64,000 nt of DNA, taken from the NCBI RefSeq assembly GCF_910592395.1, contig NC_088308.1, forward strand, positions 1,984,001-2,048,000, given 5' to 3'. This document shows positions 1 to 15,316 of the stretch, piece by piece (position 1 is the first letter of the stretch; each line of letters begins with the position of its first letter). Under the pieces are notes generated by a model, which did not search any database, had not been told where the DNA came from, and worked only from the letters and a program-made list of their open reading frames with translations. The translations under genes were made by a program, and so were the position numbers. Origin of the DNA: Lineus longissimus. Taxonomy: Eukaryota.

Positions 1-14
1 AGTAGGACTTGATA

Positions 15-179
15 TAGTAGAACCTCTCTATTAAGGACACCGATCGGGACTGACAAGTGCTGTCCTTCATAGAGAGGTGTCCTGATTAGAGGTCAAATTG
101 AATGGAAATTGCCAGTTTGGGATCAAAACTAGTGTCCTTAATAGAGAGGTGTCTGCTAATGGAGGTTCCATGTGCACTG
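15..179 (+). mobile_element. pogo/Tc1-mariner-type MITE (copy 1)
   Basis: TA-(T)AGTAGAACCTC...GGAGGTTC..CACTG-TA termini; closely similar copy at 52701-52878; reverse-oriented fragment at about 20348-20390. Confidence 0.75.
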
Positions 180-3100
180 TATGGGATGGTATTTTCTTCG
201 TTGATTGCTGCGAACATTCTCTTGCAGATTTAATAAATTTATACTGCATAGAATATCTGACACCAACAACGGAACAACTATACCGAAAGGAGCTTTTTCA
301 TGAATGAAATATCTTTAGGCTTTTGGAAAGCCTGGTATTGAATGTGCTAATGATATGGCTGAGATCATGAATGCTTTTTTTGTTGATAATAAGCCATTTT
401 GTAAGCTTCATCAAAAAGTTCTCATCATCACAAAAGCGCAATTAAAGATTCCTCCACATGTGGGGAGCGTTTGGCACTTTCATTAAGAGACTTTAAGAAA
501 TATCAATGAACTTTGTAAAGATAACTTTCTAATTGTTTATTAACATGTAGGTCTTGGAAAAAATAATTCAAATTGGGTGATGATCTTCGACAGTTCCATT
601 GGATTTTTTTCTCTTCTTTAAAAAAAAGAAGAATGACCGGTGTCGCCAGTCATTACTGCTGGACCCTAGGATATTTACTCATATTATTCACAAAAATGAC
701 AAATCACCCAAAAAGTTCATCAGAAATTTGTATTAAGAATGCATACACATGTAGAATATGATTTCGGTGAAAAGACCAGCATGTCTCCTTATCAAACAAC
801 CTCCAAATAAACTGACATGAAAAGACACATTGACGAAATTAGACTCATCCCAGTACTTTCATCAAGCCCAATTACTCCAATTTAGGTATAATTGCCTGCT
901 GTGGGACAACTTTCTCCTCTGCAGTAGCAAATTCTTTCCAATTACGGACAAATTACTTGATTTTTTTTCAGGATTTATGGCTGGAGCTATGTTATTATTT
1001 GGAATATTGGACGACATGGGAGTTTTAATTTGGTGGTCCTGGGCTTGATGCTTTCTATCCTGTCAGCTTCAAAAAGATGCCTGCCCCCCCCGCACCAAAG
1101 ACCACCATGGTGACCTAAAAAGAGAGGAGTACTTTAATTATTTGTGTAAATTCGATACCTGTAAAGGCCTATATGAATTATTGGAACATTTTTGAAGTGC
1201 AGTCATCACAAAGTATCTTTTTATCTTACAACTTTTCCATCATTCTCTATGTCTTATGAGATGCCCCCTGATTCAATAGCCATCCACAATTATATGAGAA
1301 TATAGGACAGTAGTACTGAGACTCATTACTACATGTATGATATGAAGCCCAATGTCCTGCAATTAGCAAACAATAGGAGACATTAATTTCATGTAATGCA
1401 ATGTGGAAATTCAAAAGTTCAATTTTGTTTGTGAAGGGGAGCGCAGCAATTTTTGAAGCCAGGGGTTGATTACACGTGACTCATTTAGTCTGGGAGGTTG
1501 GTTAAAGTTGTCATCACCTCCATTTCATCTTTTTAATAGTCAAATATATACAGAGACCCCTATTGGCAACATTGTGTAACTTTATATTGCCTACCTAGCT
1601 GCTGCCTATAGTGTCCCTTAAAGAGACAATGCAAAGGCCTGCTCTGGGTGGAAAATCAATTGCATTGTCTACAGAAGGTATCCTTGTAGGCAAAGTATAG
1701 GGCCAGCAATAGGTTTCCTGTTGGTTGGCAGTCTAGACAGCGCAGACAGAAGCACACCATGTTTCAGTGTTCACAAGTAAAGTGTGATAGCTTTGAAATG
1801 TACCTATTCTAGCAAACACCGAGTTATTTACAAAGAATAGTTTTTTGTTCAGGTGCCGCTTTGGAGAATACTTTGTTAAGGTAGACTATCAGTAACAGCT
1901 AGTAGCGTTCCATGTGGCCATACACCCACAACTTTGTACTCACGAATACGAATATGCATCAACTCAGATCTGAACCACTCTGCTACTGAGTGTTCACCCT
2001 GCAAATGAGAGATCTAATTCATTATAGTCACTGCTACGTGCAACAAGAAGATTTCCTGTAAGCTTGCTGAGTTTGATATTGATTGCGGTGCATGGGCACC
2101 ACCTGTGATGACCACTGCAAACAAGCAAGTTTTGCCTCATGCGATCATGATTGCAGGTGCAGTGAGTTAAATTCCTTGTTTGCTGGGCCGTTAAGTTTTA
2201 CCCGTTTCATTCCTTTTTGGTTACCTAAAAAGGACAGTCTTTCCACAAGATTTGCCCCCCCCCATTCCCATCATTCAAGGGAGTACATGTCCTGTTGAAA
2301 AATGAGCAGGCTCTTGTTGTGTCCTTCCTATGTGTTGGTTACTCCTCACCTCATGGTAGGTTTTTTTTCAACAGTCGTGCTATTTAAAAGGCGTCTTTTT
2401 CCTTGCATCCTGCAGTCCATCCAGCAAAAAAAGCCCAAGAATGGTTGATTGAATAAATGCTTGACAGCCAAGCACTTCATTGAATAACTGAAGTGTAAAA
2501 CAAGTGGCACTAACTGGCAGACTGGAGTTAAATGGCCCTTCAAAAACCCAGTCAAAACAAATAGCCGAAAACCTTCAAGGGTTACTTGGGTATAAAGACA
2601 TGTTCCTAACATGTACCTGTCTAAGTTAATCGCATTGCCCAAGGCCACATGCAGTTTTATAGAACATTTCGTCAGTGTTTTCTTGTTAGGCCCTTGAAGT
2701 GCTGAACATGAAGTTTTATCCCAGAAGTTGACAGAATAGCTTTATTGGTTGATTTGTGTTTTCTTTTAGGCCCTTGTCCGCGGGTCATATTGGTCTATGT
2801 CGATATTTCGAGGTGTTATTTTGAGCTCTTCTTTACACCACTAGTTAACTTTTCAACCTATTTAATAATTGTGTGCAATTGTTGAGGGACTTCACAGAAT
2901 TTTTGACACTTCCTACGTGTTCTGTTTAAAATTAGATATTTTATCTCCCTTTTCACTATTTTTTAAAATCGAGGGTGAAGGGTTCTGACATCTTGTAAGA
3001 AGGTAATACCCATTTCATGATATCAGCAATTTTGGGTGAATCAGCCGTTTTCATCCGATATGATTTCAGCCAAACTGATCGTGTTTTTGGGATTGCTTTC

Positions 3101-4750
3101 TCTCTGCTTATTATGCTTACTTCATCAGTGGGATGTTAAGGTTCCCAAGTTTGAGACCTGCATGGATGCCCGATCAACAGAAGAAGTCCTTAGTGGGTAA
3201 TTCACATTATCAAGTATGGATTTCTCTGATCTATACTTGACATTATGCAAGCATGAACAATACATGAACGAAAAGGCAAGTTTTACCCAGTTTCATCACG
3301 AAGAGTTTTTAGCATCATATCACACTGTGAAAACTCAGACCAGCTCCTAGCTGCTGCTTGTGCTCCTATGGCTACCTTTAGAATAAACAGAGCCATTTTG
3401 CTGATCAGCCTAAACTGATGGGTGGCATTGGTGGAATGTAGTTACAGTTCAGTTGTTCAGTCATGAAATGGTTCAAAATGTTATAGGGAGACTATAGGCA
3501 GGAGCCAGGAAGGGGCAGATTTAACTTACACAAATTGCTGATAGAGGTCTGAAGACCCTTCTTGGGGAGGACCAGCATGCTGCTTATAATCACTGGAGTA
3601 TGGTTTTTTGGCAAACAGGAGTTTTTGAAATGGGTTGGAAAATGACATCCTTGTCTGCCAAGCTGCGTCATATGTCGTTTCTCATTGAAACTTATCCAAC
3701 TCGTTTTGTTTTTGTTTACCTAATGAGACTCTTTTACGCAAATAATGCTCAATGGAATGCAATTTTTGATAGGGAAAGGTTAATCCAGTAAGTGATAATT
3801 GTTATCAAGATGACTTTTAGTTCATGGGCATGTTTACCTTCTAAGAATATCATTTATTGATATATTGGCACATAGGCCAACACCATAAATGGTAACAAGT
3901 AAAGTGGGAGACCTTCCAACCCATGAATTCGTGCACAGGAGCTCACCAGTACACAACTATGTGCTATTTTGCTCTCTACTCATGTGAAAGATATATTGGA
4001 TGACTTCTGTATGATGAAATATCCTATCACTGGCACAGTGGGTGAACCAGTAACCTGTGATTGAAGTGGAGGTGATTTCTTTGTTGACCAAGTGCACAAT
4101 CTTACTGATTTGGGTTTTGCCAATCCTGTAGTGTAACGTTTACAAACCTTAAGAATTTCTCAAATTGCTTACCCTGACTTTGCTGTGATAGGCTACTGTG
4201 CTCATAAAAATAAGCTGCTGCTCTGGCTTGTGAATCTTATCTGAGGCTGGTTTCACTCTAAGAGGTGGCGAGCCTTGACTCGGTGAGGTGGGCAACCCTC
4301 TTGCAAGGTTGTTGCTGATTCCCTATGTACTCATTTGTAGGTTGGAGACCTATTTTAGGACTAAGCCACCTGCTGAGACTTATGGCATGCCCGGAACAAA
4401 TAAATGTTGTATTCAGAGAGGTTTCCATGCCATCGAATAAACAATATCAGCTACATTGTGGAATGTGTGCCTCCAAAGGGATGCTCTGTTTCCTAGGCAA
4501 CCATTTTTATAGGCCTTGATACTACTGTTATTGGGGGTTATTTCTTTGCTCACCAAACCATGACCTGTGCAGGGCAGATAGACCGTCATCTTCCAGTCAA
4601 GCCCTGCAATAAGTCCAGGGGCATCACCATGCTTTTTGGGATACCTACCACCCTATGTTAACCCCTTATTTTTCTCAGTTACTCAGTCACCAAAATCTTT
4701 GGAATAGATACATGGCAATTGAAGTTTTCACTGATAATGGCGTTTACTTA

Positions 4751-5614
4751 GGCTCTAGGAAAATTCGTCCCCGGATAATTCGTCCCCGGAAAACTCGTCC
4801 CCGGAAAATTCGTCCCCGAGAAAATTCGTCCCTGGAAAATTCGTCCCCGAGGAAAATTCGTCCCCAGATAATTCGTCCCCGTGGATAATTCGTCCCTGGA
4901 AAATTCGTCCCTGAGGAAAATTCGTCCCCGGAATATACGTCCCCGAGGATAATTCGTCCCCGGAAAATTTAACAAAAGTTGAAAGTTTCTGACATTACTT
5001 TCTAGTAATAACTACTACCTACTCCTTTCGACTTTTCTCATTCAGTGTTATATCTCTATTTACTACCCTACTAGCTAGTTACCTACTCCACTTTTTTCAT
5101 AGTAGGTAGAGGTAGGCAGGCGAAATAAATTTTTTTTTCTTCAAATAAGTATTTTTACTGGTCAGAATGAAAGAAAAGCTCTAAATTCTTCAATAAAATA
5201 TTTTGCCTGCCTACCTCTACCTACTATAAAAATAGTGGGGGAGGTAACTAGCTAGTAGGGTAGTAAAGAGAGATATTACACTGAATGAGAAAAATCGAAA
5301 GTAGTAGTTATTACTACAGTCCATTCGACAAGACTTAAGGGTCTTAGAAAGTAAAGTCAGAAACTTTTAACTTTGTAAAATTTTCTGGGGACGAATTATT
5401 TTCGGGGACAAATTTTCCTAGGGAACGAATTATCCAGGGACGAATTTTCCTTGGGGACGAATTATCCGGGGACGAATTATCCTCGGGGACGAATTATCCG
5501 GGGACGAATTTTCCTAGGGGACGAATTATCCTCGGGGACGAATTATCCGGGGACGAATTTGCGGGGACGAATTTTCCGGGGACGAATTATCCGGGGACGA
5601 ATTTTCCTGTAACC
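4751..5614. mobile_element. Non-autonomous Mutator/Foldback-type element, near-complete palindrome with subterminal tandem repeats
   Basis: 9-bp target duplication GTTTACTTA at 4742-4750 and 5615-5623; GG...CC termini; arrays of ~15-18 bp AATTCGTCCCCGG units at left and their reverse complement at right; inner arms about 4970-5125 and 5200-5380 also inverted. Confidence 0.9.
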
Positions 5615-7959
5615 GTTTACTTAGTATCAGCATGGTGTGTTGCCATAATTTAGACCAGGCTGTCTGGTTCAGTGTATGTGATTCACAACATTGATAATTA
5701 AGTCACTTGATAAACTGTGCTATAAAAATGATTGTTTAGGAATCTGGTCTCCAGATACTTGATTTGAGTTGGGTCATGGGTTGACTGATGGTCACGTCCT
5801 GCTCCGTCGTGACAGGGAAGTGTGCATTTCCTTTATAACAGCATCTGAAATGTTGTACAGAATCAACAATCAGACAATGACAGAAATGTCTGGTTCCCTT
5901 CACCGTGGCTATGTACTTCTAAAGCGCAGCGCAAACCAGCAATTTTAGTTGTTGCGACCTGCGAAGGAGCCATAACAACACTGTGTATGTCTGCATGGCT
6001 CAGTCTTAGGTGGCAGCGACTAAAATCACTGGTCACAGCTTTTAAAGTTGCATTTTGGACAACAGCTGCCTGTAGGTCATTTCGGGTCATCTCAGAACTT
6101 TTATCAGTGATTAGAAGCACTAGTTTGTAGACATTGATTATTACAAACAATACATTGATTATGTAAATGACTTGTCATATCATACTACTATGATCATCAT
6201 GGACCTTCTAACCTCAAACTCTATACTTGGAAATGGACTTTACCAGATTTCACCTCAGAGTGTTCATATCAGTATAATCAGCAGTGTATGACCTGCTGGT
6301 ATAATAGAGTGAGGAATCTTTCACTAGATGTGCATGAATTACTACGCTCTTGACATGAAATAACCTTCCTTGACCACATCATTTTGATATTTGCTGGCCA
6401 ATATTGACAGGTTCTTGCATGAAGGTGCATTCGTTGGAAATGTTTGAGATGAATCACAACTACCAAGGACTTCACGTTCTTGGCCCAAAACTTTGTTTGA
6501 TTACAAAATAGGATTTAGGAATTTGTGTAACACATTTTATTCAAAGTTTTAGAGTGTGGGACATAATCAATGTAGCGCTCACTGCACTTGCTCAGTTTTG
6601 GTGACAAGATTGGGACCTGAAAGACAGGGGGGGGGGGATACTCTTGATCTTTGCTGAGATTCTGAGGACTGTTGCACACTATCACAACATGCTCATTGGT
6701 AAAATCTTGTAAATATTGACATATCTTAGCATGGCATTATGAAGTAGGAAATACCAGAGGTGGACATAACAGGATCTGCTAGCCTAGTGCCCCCAAAACT
6801 GACCTCTACTGTCAGCTTGTTGCTATGGTGGGTTGGTGATATCAAAATTTCATATAAACTCAATCTATAATATAGGTTTCGCATTGATTCCAATAGTTAG
6901 CTTTTTGCCCCAGTTGTGTGACAAGGCTTGGTCCATCTTACCCAGATGATCTTACCAAAGTCCAATCCCCAACTTATTGTAACAGAGGTGAGTTATGAAG
7001 TCCATTGGAGCTCGTTTAAAGGGACTTCATGATCTTCGAGCCTTGGACATGAAGATCGTAAAGTCCTTAACAAATGATATTCTATTGAAAGCATGATCAA
7101 AATTGGAATCATGTGCTGTTTTATCTATTAGAACGTTCATTATTTTAAGTCGTAATGGGTTAATTGGTGAAATGCACTTCAGTTGTTGCTTTCACCATGC
7201 TCAGTAATTATAAGACCATGTATATAATAAATGTTTATTTCATACAGTGCTACAGTATGGAAATCAATGGATCTGTTCCATCATAGGATATGCTGAGGTT
7301 GCCAGTTGCTAGGCTCCACACTTAGCTATTGTGAGCTGAATGATTTTGTCAGCAACAACATATATGCATTGATTTATTAGTACTTTTACTGTAGTTTTCA
7401 ATTGGTGGCAGAAGCTGTTGGGTGATGATCTTTTGGTGATAATCATGAAAGAGGCAGCAAAAATGCTTCTGCATGAGTCGCAGAACCGATATAGCAGTAG
7501 CAATATTCATCGCTTCTGGCTATTTGTCATTTGGCTGACATGTAAGATGGTTTAAAATATGGCGTGGATTCCATAGTATATACAATGTCGAACATGTAGA
7601 ATGGAAACAGCCAGTTTCTCTGCATCTAATGTATAATAACCTGATAGCAACAGCTCAAAGGTACATCTGAAAAAACCTCATTTAAATGTCAGTATTTCCT
7701 TATTACCTGCTCTGTAACTGCTGTTGTTATTATACTTGAAGCGTAATGTTTCCATCATAAATCTCTCTGCGAGATCTTCTGACTGCAATCGACACTTTAC
7801 CATGAAGTAGGATAGGAAAAGTGCATTTGAGGGGCCATTTCAGGAGTTCAGATCCTGATTCATGGCCTGCTCTGTGCAGAGGCATGTTGTATTTGCTACT
7901 TTTCTTCTTTCTTCTTGGTTCACCTGTGTGAAGATGTGCCAAAATCTTGGCCCTCATTC

Positions 7960-8135
7960 GAATTGTCCAGAGAATGAGTACTGGATGTCCTCCTCGATTG
8001 GGTCTCTTGCATTCCCTGGTGTGGGAAAGTTGATACACAGTTGGTTTACACATTGAGAGAAGGCTGGAAATTGAGGTAAAGCTGCTTGCCCCGGGTTACA
8101 ATGATTTGACAGTGTCGGGTATAGAACCCATGATA
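7960..8135 (-). mobile_element. Degenerate SINE remnant
   Basis: GTAAAG..CTTGCCC...ACAA...CGGG..TAGAACCC pattern resembles the reverse complement of a tRNA-derived SINE head and core. Confidence 0.4.
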
Positions 8136-10295
8136 CGATAAAGGTTAAGAGTTAACCTTTAAAACCGCGCTCCCCTTCCAAATGGTAATATCTGTAGTAT
8201 TTCCTCTTTAAATGTATGAATGAATTCTCGCCTCCATGCAGCCGGTGTGGAAATGAGGCATGTGGTTCACTAATGGAGTAACTGCATTACCATAAGGGTT
8301 CCCTGGAGAGAGGAGAACAACCTCTGATTCACCATGTCTGCCTGATAAACTCTTGTTTTCATGCACACTCTACTCTCTTCATAACACTTCAACAGTTTTC
8401 ACGATGGTTGTAAAGCAGTATCGATGCTTCACTTGCTGATAAGGCCTACACAACTTGGCCAGAAATCAGCCAGTTTTGCATGTAAGGTGTTGCTTGTTGA
8501 CTGTGGGGTGTTACAATATTCGAACACCTTATTTTGTATTCCTGTAAACACCTCAAAAAGCAATCAGTCTGTCATGCATCAGTTGATTATGTTCTCCCAC
8601 TGTAATGTTCTATTGTGTTGTTGCCTCATTGTTACTCAACTGGAGGCCTACCCCATAGGATCTTCACAAGGTAACCAAAAACCAAAATATCAATACATGC
8701 AGAGACCCCTCCAACAACCGGATATAAAAATGCATAAGAGAGATGGCTGACAGAAGATATTTATACCACATTTAGATCAGTAAATCACTTGTTTTAAACA
8801 GTTTCTGTTATTCACAGTAAACATCCGTGAGATTATAATTTGTGTGTTAATCAGTGGTTCTGTAGATCTGGTACATGTAGACGTGAATATAGAGTTTCTG
8901 TATGGAGGGTAGGCCCTCTGTCAGTTTTGCTAGAACTTAGGCCTACATTGCAGCACAGCAATGTGAGAAACTTGAAGTAGGGGGAGTGATATACTCCCAG
9001 TTACTCAAACCAATGCTGGAAGAGCCAGGCTTTATAGGGTGTGTGGTTGTTGCTAAAAGCTAGAAAACTGAGCAATCATTTAAACTGGCATTTCAGCTGG
9101 CAACTGTTGCCTTCGAGAAAAGTGCACCATTCATTTGTTTTGCAGATTTGAAAGTAGAAAAAAACCTACATGTACAACACTTTTCAATAATAGCTGTTGT
9201 AGTTTGTACTATATTTCAGCAGGTGTCCTGGAGGCTACAGAATTAAGGCATTTCGGAAAAAAAAGGTCTGTCAGGCCGTAACATTTTGAAATACTGCTTA
9301 TTTCTGGGGTTTATTATTTTGAGTAATAGTAATTGCCCAATTGAGCTGAAGTCACCTTCTTTAAAAAAAAACTGACTGAGAAGGAGTGTAACTTGAATTG
9401 TAATTTAACTGCTGCAATTATGTGTAGAGGCTTTGGGTATTTATAATATGCAGCTAGTTTGGTGTTCAATTCCATTCTTTCCCTAGCATTGTGTCTAAAT
9501 CCTGGTTTCGACAAGTTCAAGTCTTCCTCACATGAGCATACGTTCCTGTTGTTTTTCATAGAAATCGGTAGAAGACCACAACGCGACCATTGACTTCTTT
9601 CCGGGCACACATTCGCCATTCTCCTCAAGTTTGACCAACAACCAAAGCAACGTTTACCTTTATGTCACACTATTGAAATGCACAAGGCGTGTTTGGTTAA
9701 GCCATTGAAGAATTGTTTATTCCCCAACATGTTGGCTTTTAGACTGGTATGTGTGCCTACAAACAGCTAGATTCTAGTTACACATGTTACTGCTGGGAAT
9801 AGCCTACTAACGGCCTGTTGAATTGACCTGTTCTTACAGGCCGCACTTCTTTCCTAAATTCTGATGTATTTTGCAGTGCTATTTCCCCACTGATGGTAAA
9901 GATGATTGAATACTAGTGTACTGTGCAGTAGTTACATCTAAATCATTGACATTTGTAAAAACCAGTAGTAAAACGATAACTAGTCAGCTGAAGTATTCTT
10001 CTTCATCAGGTTACCAGCAGAGTATACACTACCGATGTTGCAAATATGTTTGAATTGCACCTCAGCCGGATCTGCTTGTATTGTGACTGCTCAGCATCAC
10101 CTACCCAGAGCCAGAGCTAGCCTTGAGTGTGTGGTGCTATTGTCGGATCAGATGTTTGGGTCTTGAGTCACAACCTTGGACCCTCTTATTTCCTCAGCCA
10201 AGCAGGTTATCAATTCTTTGGATTGATTTTGAACTCAGGATTGTTACTCGATCTGGACAAATCTTTCAGCGTCACCTTTCATGAGAGTAGCTGTG

Positions 10296-10449
10296 CAGGG
10301 GTGGGTTCAGTAGAGGCATATAGATCCAGGATTCAGTGAAAGAGCCATCTGGGGCACTTTCATCTCAAAATCTTAGTCAATTTAAAAGATTTTTTGTAAT
10401 AAGAGGGGGCACTTGCCTCTGCACCCTCCGTCCCTTGGATTCACCCCTG
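10296..10449. mobile_element. Degenerate hAT-like MITE
   Basis: Imperfect TIRs CAGGGGTGGGTTCA / TGGATTCACCCCTG; no clear target duplication. Confidence 0.45.
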
Positions 10450-13400
10450 GTGACAAATTCAGAGCTTTCACTCATCCTTTTGGCCTCTTTCCTTTCCTTT
10501 CATAGCATGTGCTGGTTCTACGAGATGTTTTGCACTTGGCAGATTTTCTTGTTGGACAAAACAACATCAAAAGCAGAGCAATTTTCTCTTATACCAAGGC
10601 AGTGCCTTGTTCTGTCTAGAATGCCTTTGTCCTATCTTATGCAAGCATGTCCTTGTATCAAATCTCAAAGAAAAATCTTTGCAATGGAGTGACCAACTAA
10701 AGAGTGCAGCCCAGGGCATATTCTCTCTCAAAAAAGTACTTGTTACAATTGAAAAAAGGGTAATTGAGCAAAATGCTCCAAAAACTCTGAAGGGTGTCAT
10801 CAACATCATTGCTTTTGTCTATATCACCTTTGACCTGCTTGCGAATCACGCTAATTGGACAATGAGGTCAGCGTAATGTTGCCAAAGGTTATGATTATTC
10901 TGGACATTTTGAAAAGCAGTTTCTTTCTGAGTTTAGGTTATTTTAGTTTGATTGGGTGGTGACTGAAAGTATTTAGAAAGTCTGTGTGGCAAGTCTCTAC
11001 TTGTTTATACCAGTTCACTTGTGGTGCCATTCTGCAAACTTCCTTAGAATGGTGGAAACTTTAACTTTTTATTGACAAACACTTTGAAACACTTTGTAGA
11101 AGAGCATGGCTTTAAAAATCTCACACAACTACCTGTGTCTAGACCAGTTTGGGGGGGGGGGGGGTGATACTTCCAGGCGCTTGCAAAGGAAACAGCTGAT
11201 CCTCTCTCAGTGGGTTTCATCGGACTCTATCTATTCCTTGAGTCGGAAGGTTTCATAGCACATTTTGTTATTTCAATTTGTCATACTGTTAATCGATTGA
11301 ATGTTACTTCACTTGATATCTCTTCACCCACCTGTTGCTGTAGTAGAGCAGTTTACGCGCTGTTTGTGGTATTTTCGAAAAGTAAGTGTTGCCACCTGAC
11401 AGGTGAAGAATCCATTTTTCAACGACTTGATCAAGATTCTCTTTCATGATGAAGGAGTGTTGTCTGGTCTTGGTTGTTTACCCTCTATCTTAAACGCTTT
11501 AACGGCTTGATTCACTATTGCTACTAAGCTATCGTTGCACTTTGAATCATAAGGCAATCATGTAAGTAAAAAGATGACCTCACTCTCTGATAGAACTTAT
11601 CCGAGTACTACCGTAGATTTCACCACCAGTGATACAGGCTAACGGCATGCCAGTTAAAAGCAAGAGATACAAGGTGATTAATGGATGATCGTCTAGATAG
11701 ACATTTTGAAGCACCATCCAGATCGTTGAGAGATCTTATGAAGTAAATGAAAGAACAGAACAGAACATGCACCTCTCGGCAGGAAATCTTGCTTGTCAGA
11801 AACCCCCTCCCCCACACTCACCCTGTTGTAAGCTCCCCTGAATTGATGTACTTGATGCCTCTGAACAGAAATATGATGAACTTATATATCAATGGCCAAC
11901 TATTATGTTGATAACTTGAGGGATTCGCTATCGGAGCATTGGAAACGTTTCTGAGACATTACTCATTGGGTTCTGATAGATCCCATATTATCTGAGGATA
12001 TTCAATGTCAAGATGAAGCTATATTGTTCAGATGTATTGGTCATTATACATGTACTATCAAAACATAACATTGGCAGGCTTGGGCTAGGGGGGGGGGCAA
12101 AAGGCTCGTTTTGCCAAATCATGGTTAGAAACATCTTCTTCAGTGGCATTTACCCCCCCCCCCCCCCTGCCCCCACTATATGCACCTAAAAGATTCGAGG
12201 TGAAACGAAATGATATCTGCAGACATTGATAGAATCTTCTGAAATAGTCCATCTGGAAGTCCACTTGGATGTTGGCACCATCTCAAACTCTCCCTGACCT
12301 TCCATCGCTGATCACCAGGTGGTTCATCTCCGTCAGAATATTGATACGCCAATATAGACTGATTGATAGACAATGACCAATCAGTCAGACCTCGTTATGT
12401 CTAATTGGAAGGCAGTTTTGGTGTTATTCTATGTACTTGCAAATTGCTTTGGAAATATAGGCCATGGATGGATAAAATGATTTGTTTTGGAATTATCTTT
12501 GATCTTGCTGCTGAATGTTAAATAAAGCACACTGCAAACAAACAACATTTATTGCTGCGAATTATGACAATTATCACGCTGATAAGTGATTGTTGTTTGC
12601 TTAAACCAGTAGTCATTGGGTTTGCATGGTCTTCACCGCAGGTCGCAGCTAGTGATAACCTATTCTTGGCCCCGCAAGCAAGAGATTGGTCTCGTGATGA
12701 TTATTGCAGCCAGGTCGCTGCAATAATAATCTCTCTTCTTTCTCTTGGTGCCTTTATTCTCAATACAAGCCAAGCATGGGTTACTTCGTTGTTGTGATAT
12801 CATTCTGATTTATGTTTTCTCCCATTCTTGGGCTGAAGTTCAGTCAGTGCACGCAATCTCTTGTGCCTCCATGATATTGGTAGTTGTACGTGCTACAATG
12901 TATGAACCAGTCCAAAAGCAAAATACTTGCCCAAAAGAAAATGTTCTCCCGATGTCAATCAACTTACAAAAAACACCACCACAACTTGACTTGCATTGGA
13001 AACAGCCTCAGGGAGTTCCTAAATTGTCTACATGGTTTGAAGTGGTTTAATCTTAGTGTCTGGACACCTTAAAAAGGCCTAAACTGCCATTCCTATACTT
13101 TCGATATTGATCAGTGCTAACAAATTATCTGCTCAGTTTGACTTCAATAGAATTGTTCAGTCGATTGAAGGAGAATGTGTCAGTATAGGCATACCTGGTT
13201 TGAGTTCTTTCACTTGTGATTCCCGATGATCGCTGTTTTTGTTACAGTCTAGGGCATCTTTTCCTGTATCGAAGCTGAAGCTTATTCCCAATAGATGGAA
13301 TCCCAGGCCACCCGCCTTGTTTGACACTCGTTTTGGATTCATGTGATTTGCATGCCAGATTTTGGATATGTTTTACTGGCATCACAGCATATTCTGGCGA

Positions 13401-15316
13401 CATTTTAAAACGTCACTTGGTAGAAACGCATTAAACCTGTTTCAAGAAGCATAAAAATTCATAACTTTCTATCACTTTGTGAATCTTTGACAGGTTTTGT
13501 AATAATTTGTTTGCCATTTTGATCTGCGATGCAAAGAATCCACTGTCCAATGCTCCTAGATGGTTGTTTGAAAGTGATTTTGAGATAAACGAACTAAAGC
13601 GATTGTGTTGTGAAAGGAATTGCTTGTACTTCCATTGTGATTTTGGTGGTGATTTTCCCACAGGTTGATAATAGGATGTCCTTTGAAACCTTACCTGGTT
13701 ACTGAAGTTGCCTGGAGAAACTCGCACATTTCACAGCCATAATGTAAATGCGATAAGATAACTTGCTGCTGGAATCGCTGTTTCATCAGACAAATTGACC
13801 TGTTTGAAAAGTGCATGGAGTATGACATTGTCTGAGATGAAGGACATTTTTTCTTTCCATAACTAATAATTAAATTAATTTCAATAATTCTAGGGTTTTC
13901 ACGAGATGATCCAGGTACTTGGGTTGGAAAGTCGAGTTTGTCCCAATTTCAGTTGAAATAGTAATTTTTCTCATGTGAATTATTAGATTTTCCATCAGTC
14001 CTGGCCATTGCGCTTCAATATAGTTGGTCAGTCTACCATTGAATATTTGGTTGCCCTGGATCTCTCCCCAATGGAAAGTTCTTACAAAAGCCACAAAAAT
14101 GCTGATACCTTGCTATGTCCTCGGCCAAGGGTCGGTGAACCCAAGTTATTTCCAGCAATGTAGATTCGGTTTTCAGATTTATTGGACCATAATGCAAATA
14201 TCCGTTTTTGGTGTAAAATGCTGTCCCCTCTTGTTTGTTACAATAGGGACTGAATTACACATTCTATTTATGCACACCACAAAACATGTAAGTGTATGAT
14301 TTCTTAATAGGTATGCGTCTTCTTGTTGACATTGATGACAATGTGTTTGGTCTTGCGTATGATTTCATATCTGCTGAAAAAGGATTGAGACTTTGTCGGA
14401 GTTGGTGCGATTGACTATGTTTTTGTTGACTCTTTTAGCAGAACTATTGCCCCTACTTCGATGATTACTGTGTATCGAGTCAATGATAACAGTTTCAAGT
14501 GATGGTCACCTTAAGAAGGACAGCACATGAACAAAGGTTTTGGGGGGGGGGGGCTTATGGATCTGTTTCTTTAACTGTTAATATCTAACTACTCTCATCA
14601 TTGATGTATCTTTTAGGATGTGCGTTGGGGAGCAATTTTCATTTACACTCACATTTTGCCCAACATTTGGAATAGTCCTGGTGGATTTCATATTCCATCC
14701 AATATTTATTAAGAAAACAACAACACGACAAGAATGGGCAGGTCTGATAATCGCTCGCATTTATTTGATTTGAAGATTTTGGGAAATTTTGTATTGAGAT
14801 GGCAACACTTTTCCCTTTGTTGGTGCAGACGCTATGTCTGTGAAATCTCTGAATCGTGGATATACTCCAAATATTCAATAAAAAGAGAACTATAAAATGC
14901 TGTTTCTGGAGTTTATTTTGATAAGCATTTTGTAAAATCTATTGCCCTCTGGATATTTTGTTAAGATTTGTGAAAATATTAAGTACTTAATTTTGAATGA
15001 AAAATATGGGAACCCAGCTTCAATGGTTTCATGTTGTATGTGTTGAAGTTTCATGCAGTTGTAGAAGGTCTGTGTTTTTGGACGTGTCAACCGGCTGTTC
15101 TTGCTCCCTGTCACAGACCCCACTCCAATCCAGAACCACTGATCACCTAAAGCGCATCTTGCATCTTTAGAATTTCAGATTTTCGTCAGCGTAAAGCGCA
15201 CATAGAGGGATTAGAATTGTCCAACACACATTGGCCGATGCCAACATGAAATCACCAACCCGTGTTTACTGCCCAATTGGCGATAAACTTACGTCTTTTT
15301 CTGTCATATTTTTCAG

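Noticed and set aside
4655..4975. ORFs with RKIRP / GTNFP peptide repeats
   Set aside because: They are translations of the foldback element's subterminal DNA repeats, not genes
1..15316. First BicC coding exon (expected ERFRVDRKKLE-like peptide)
   Set aside because: Not found in the ORF track or by eye; probably upstream of the window
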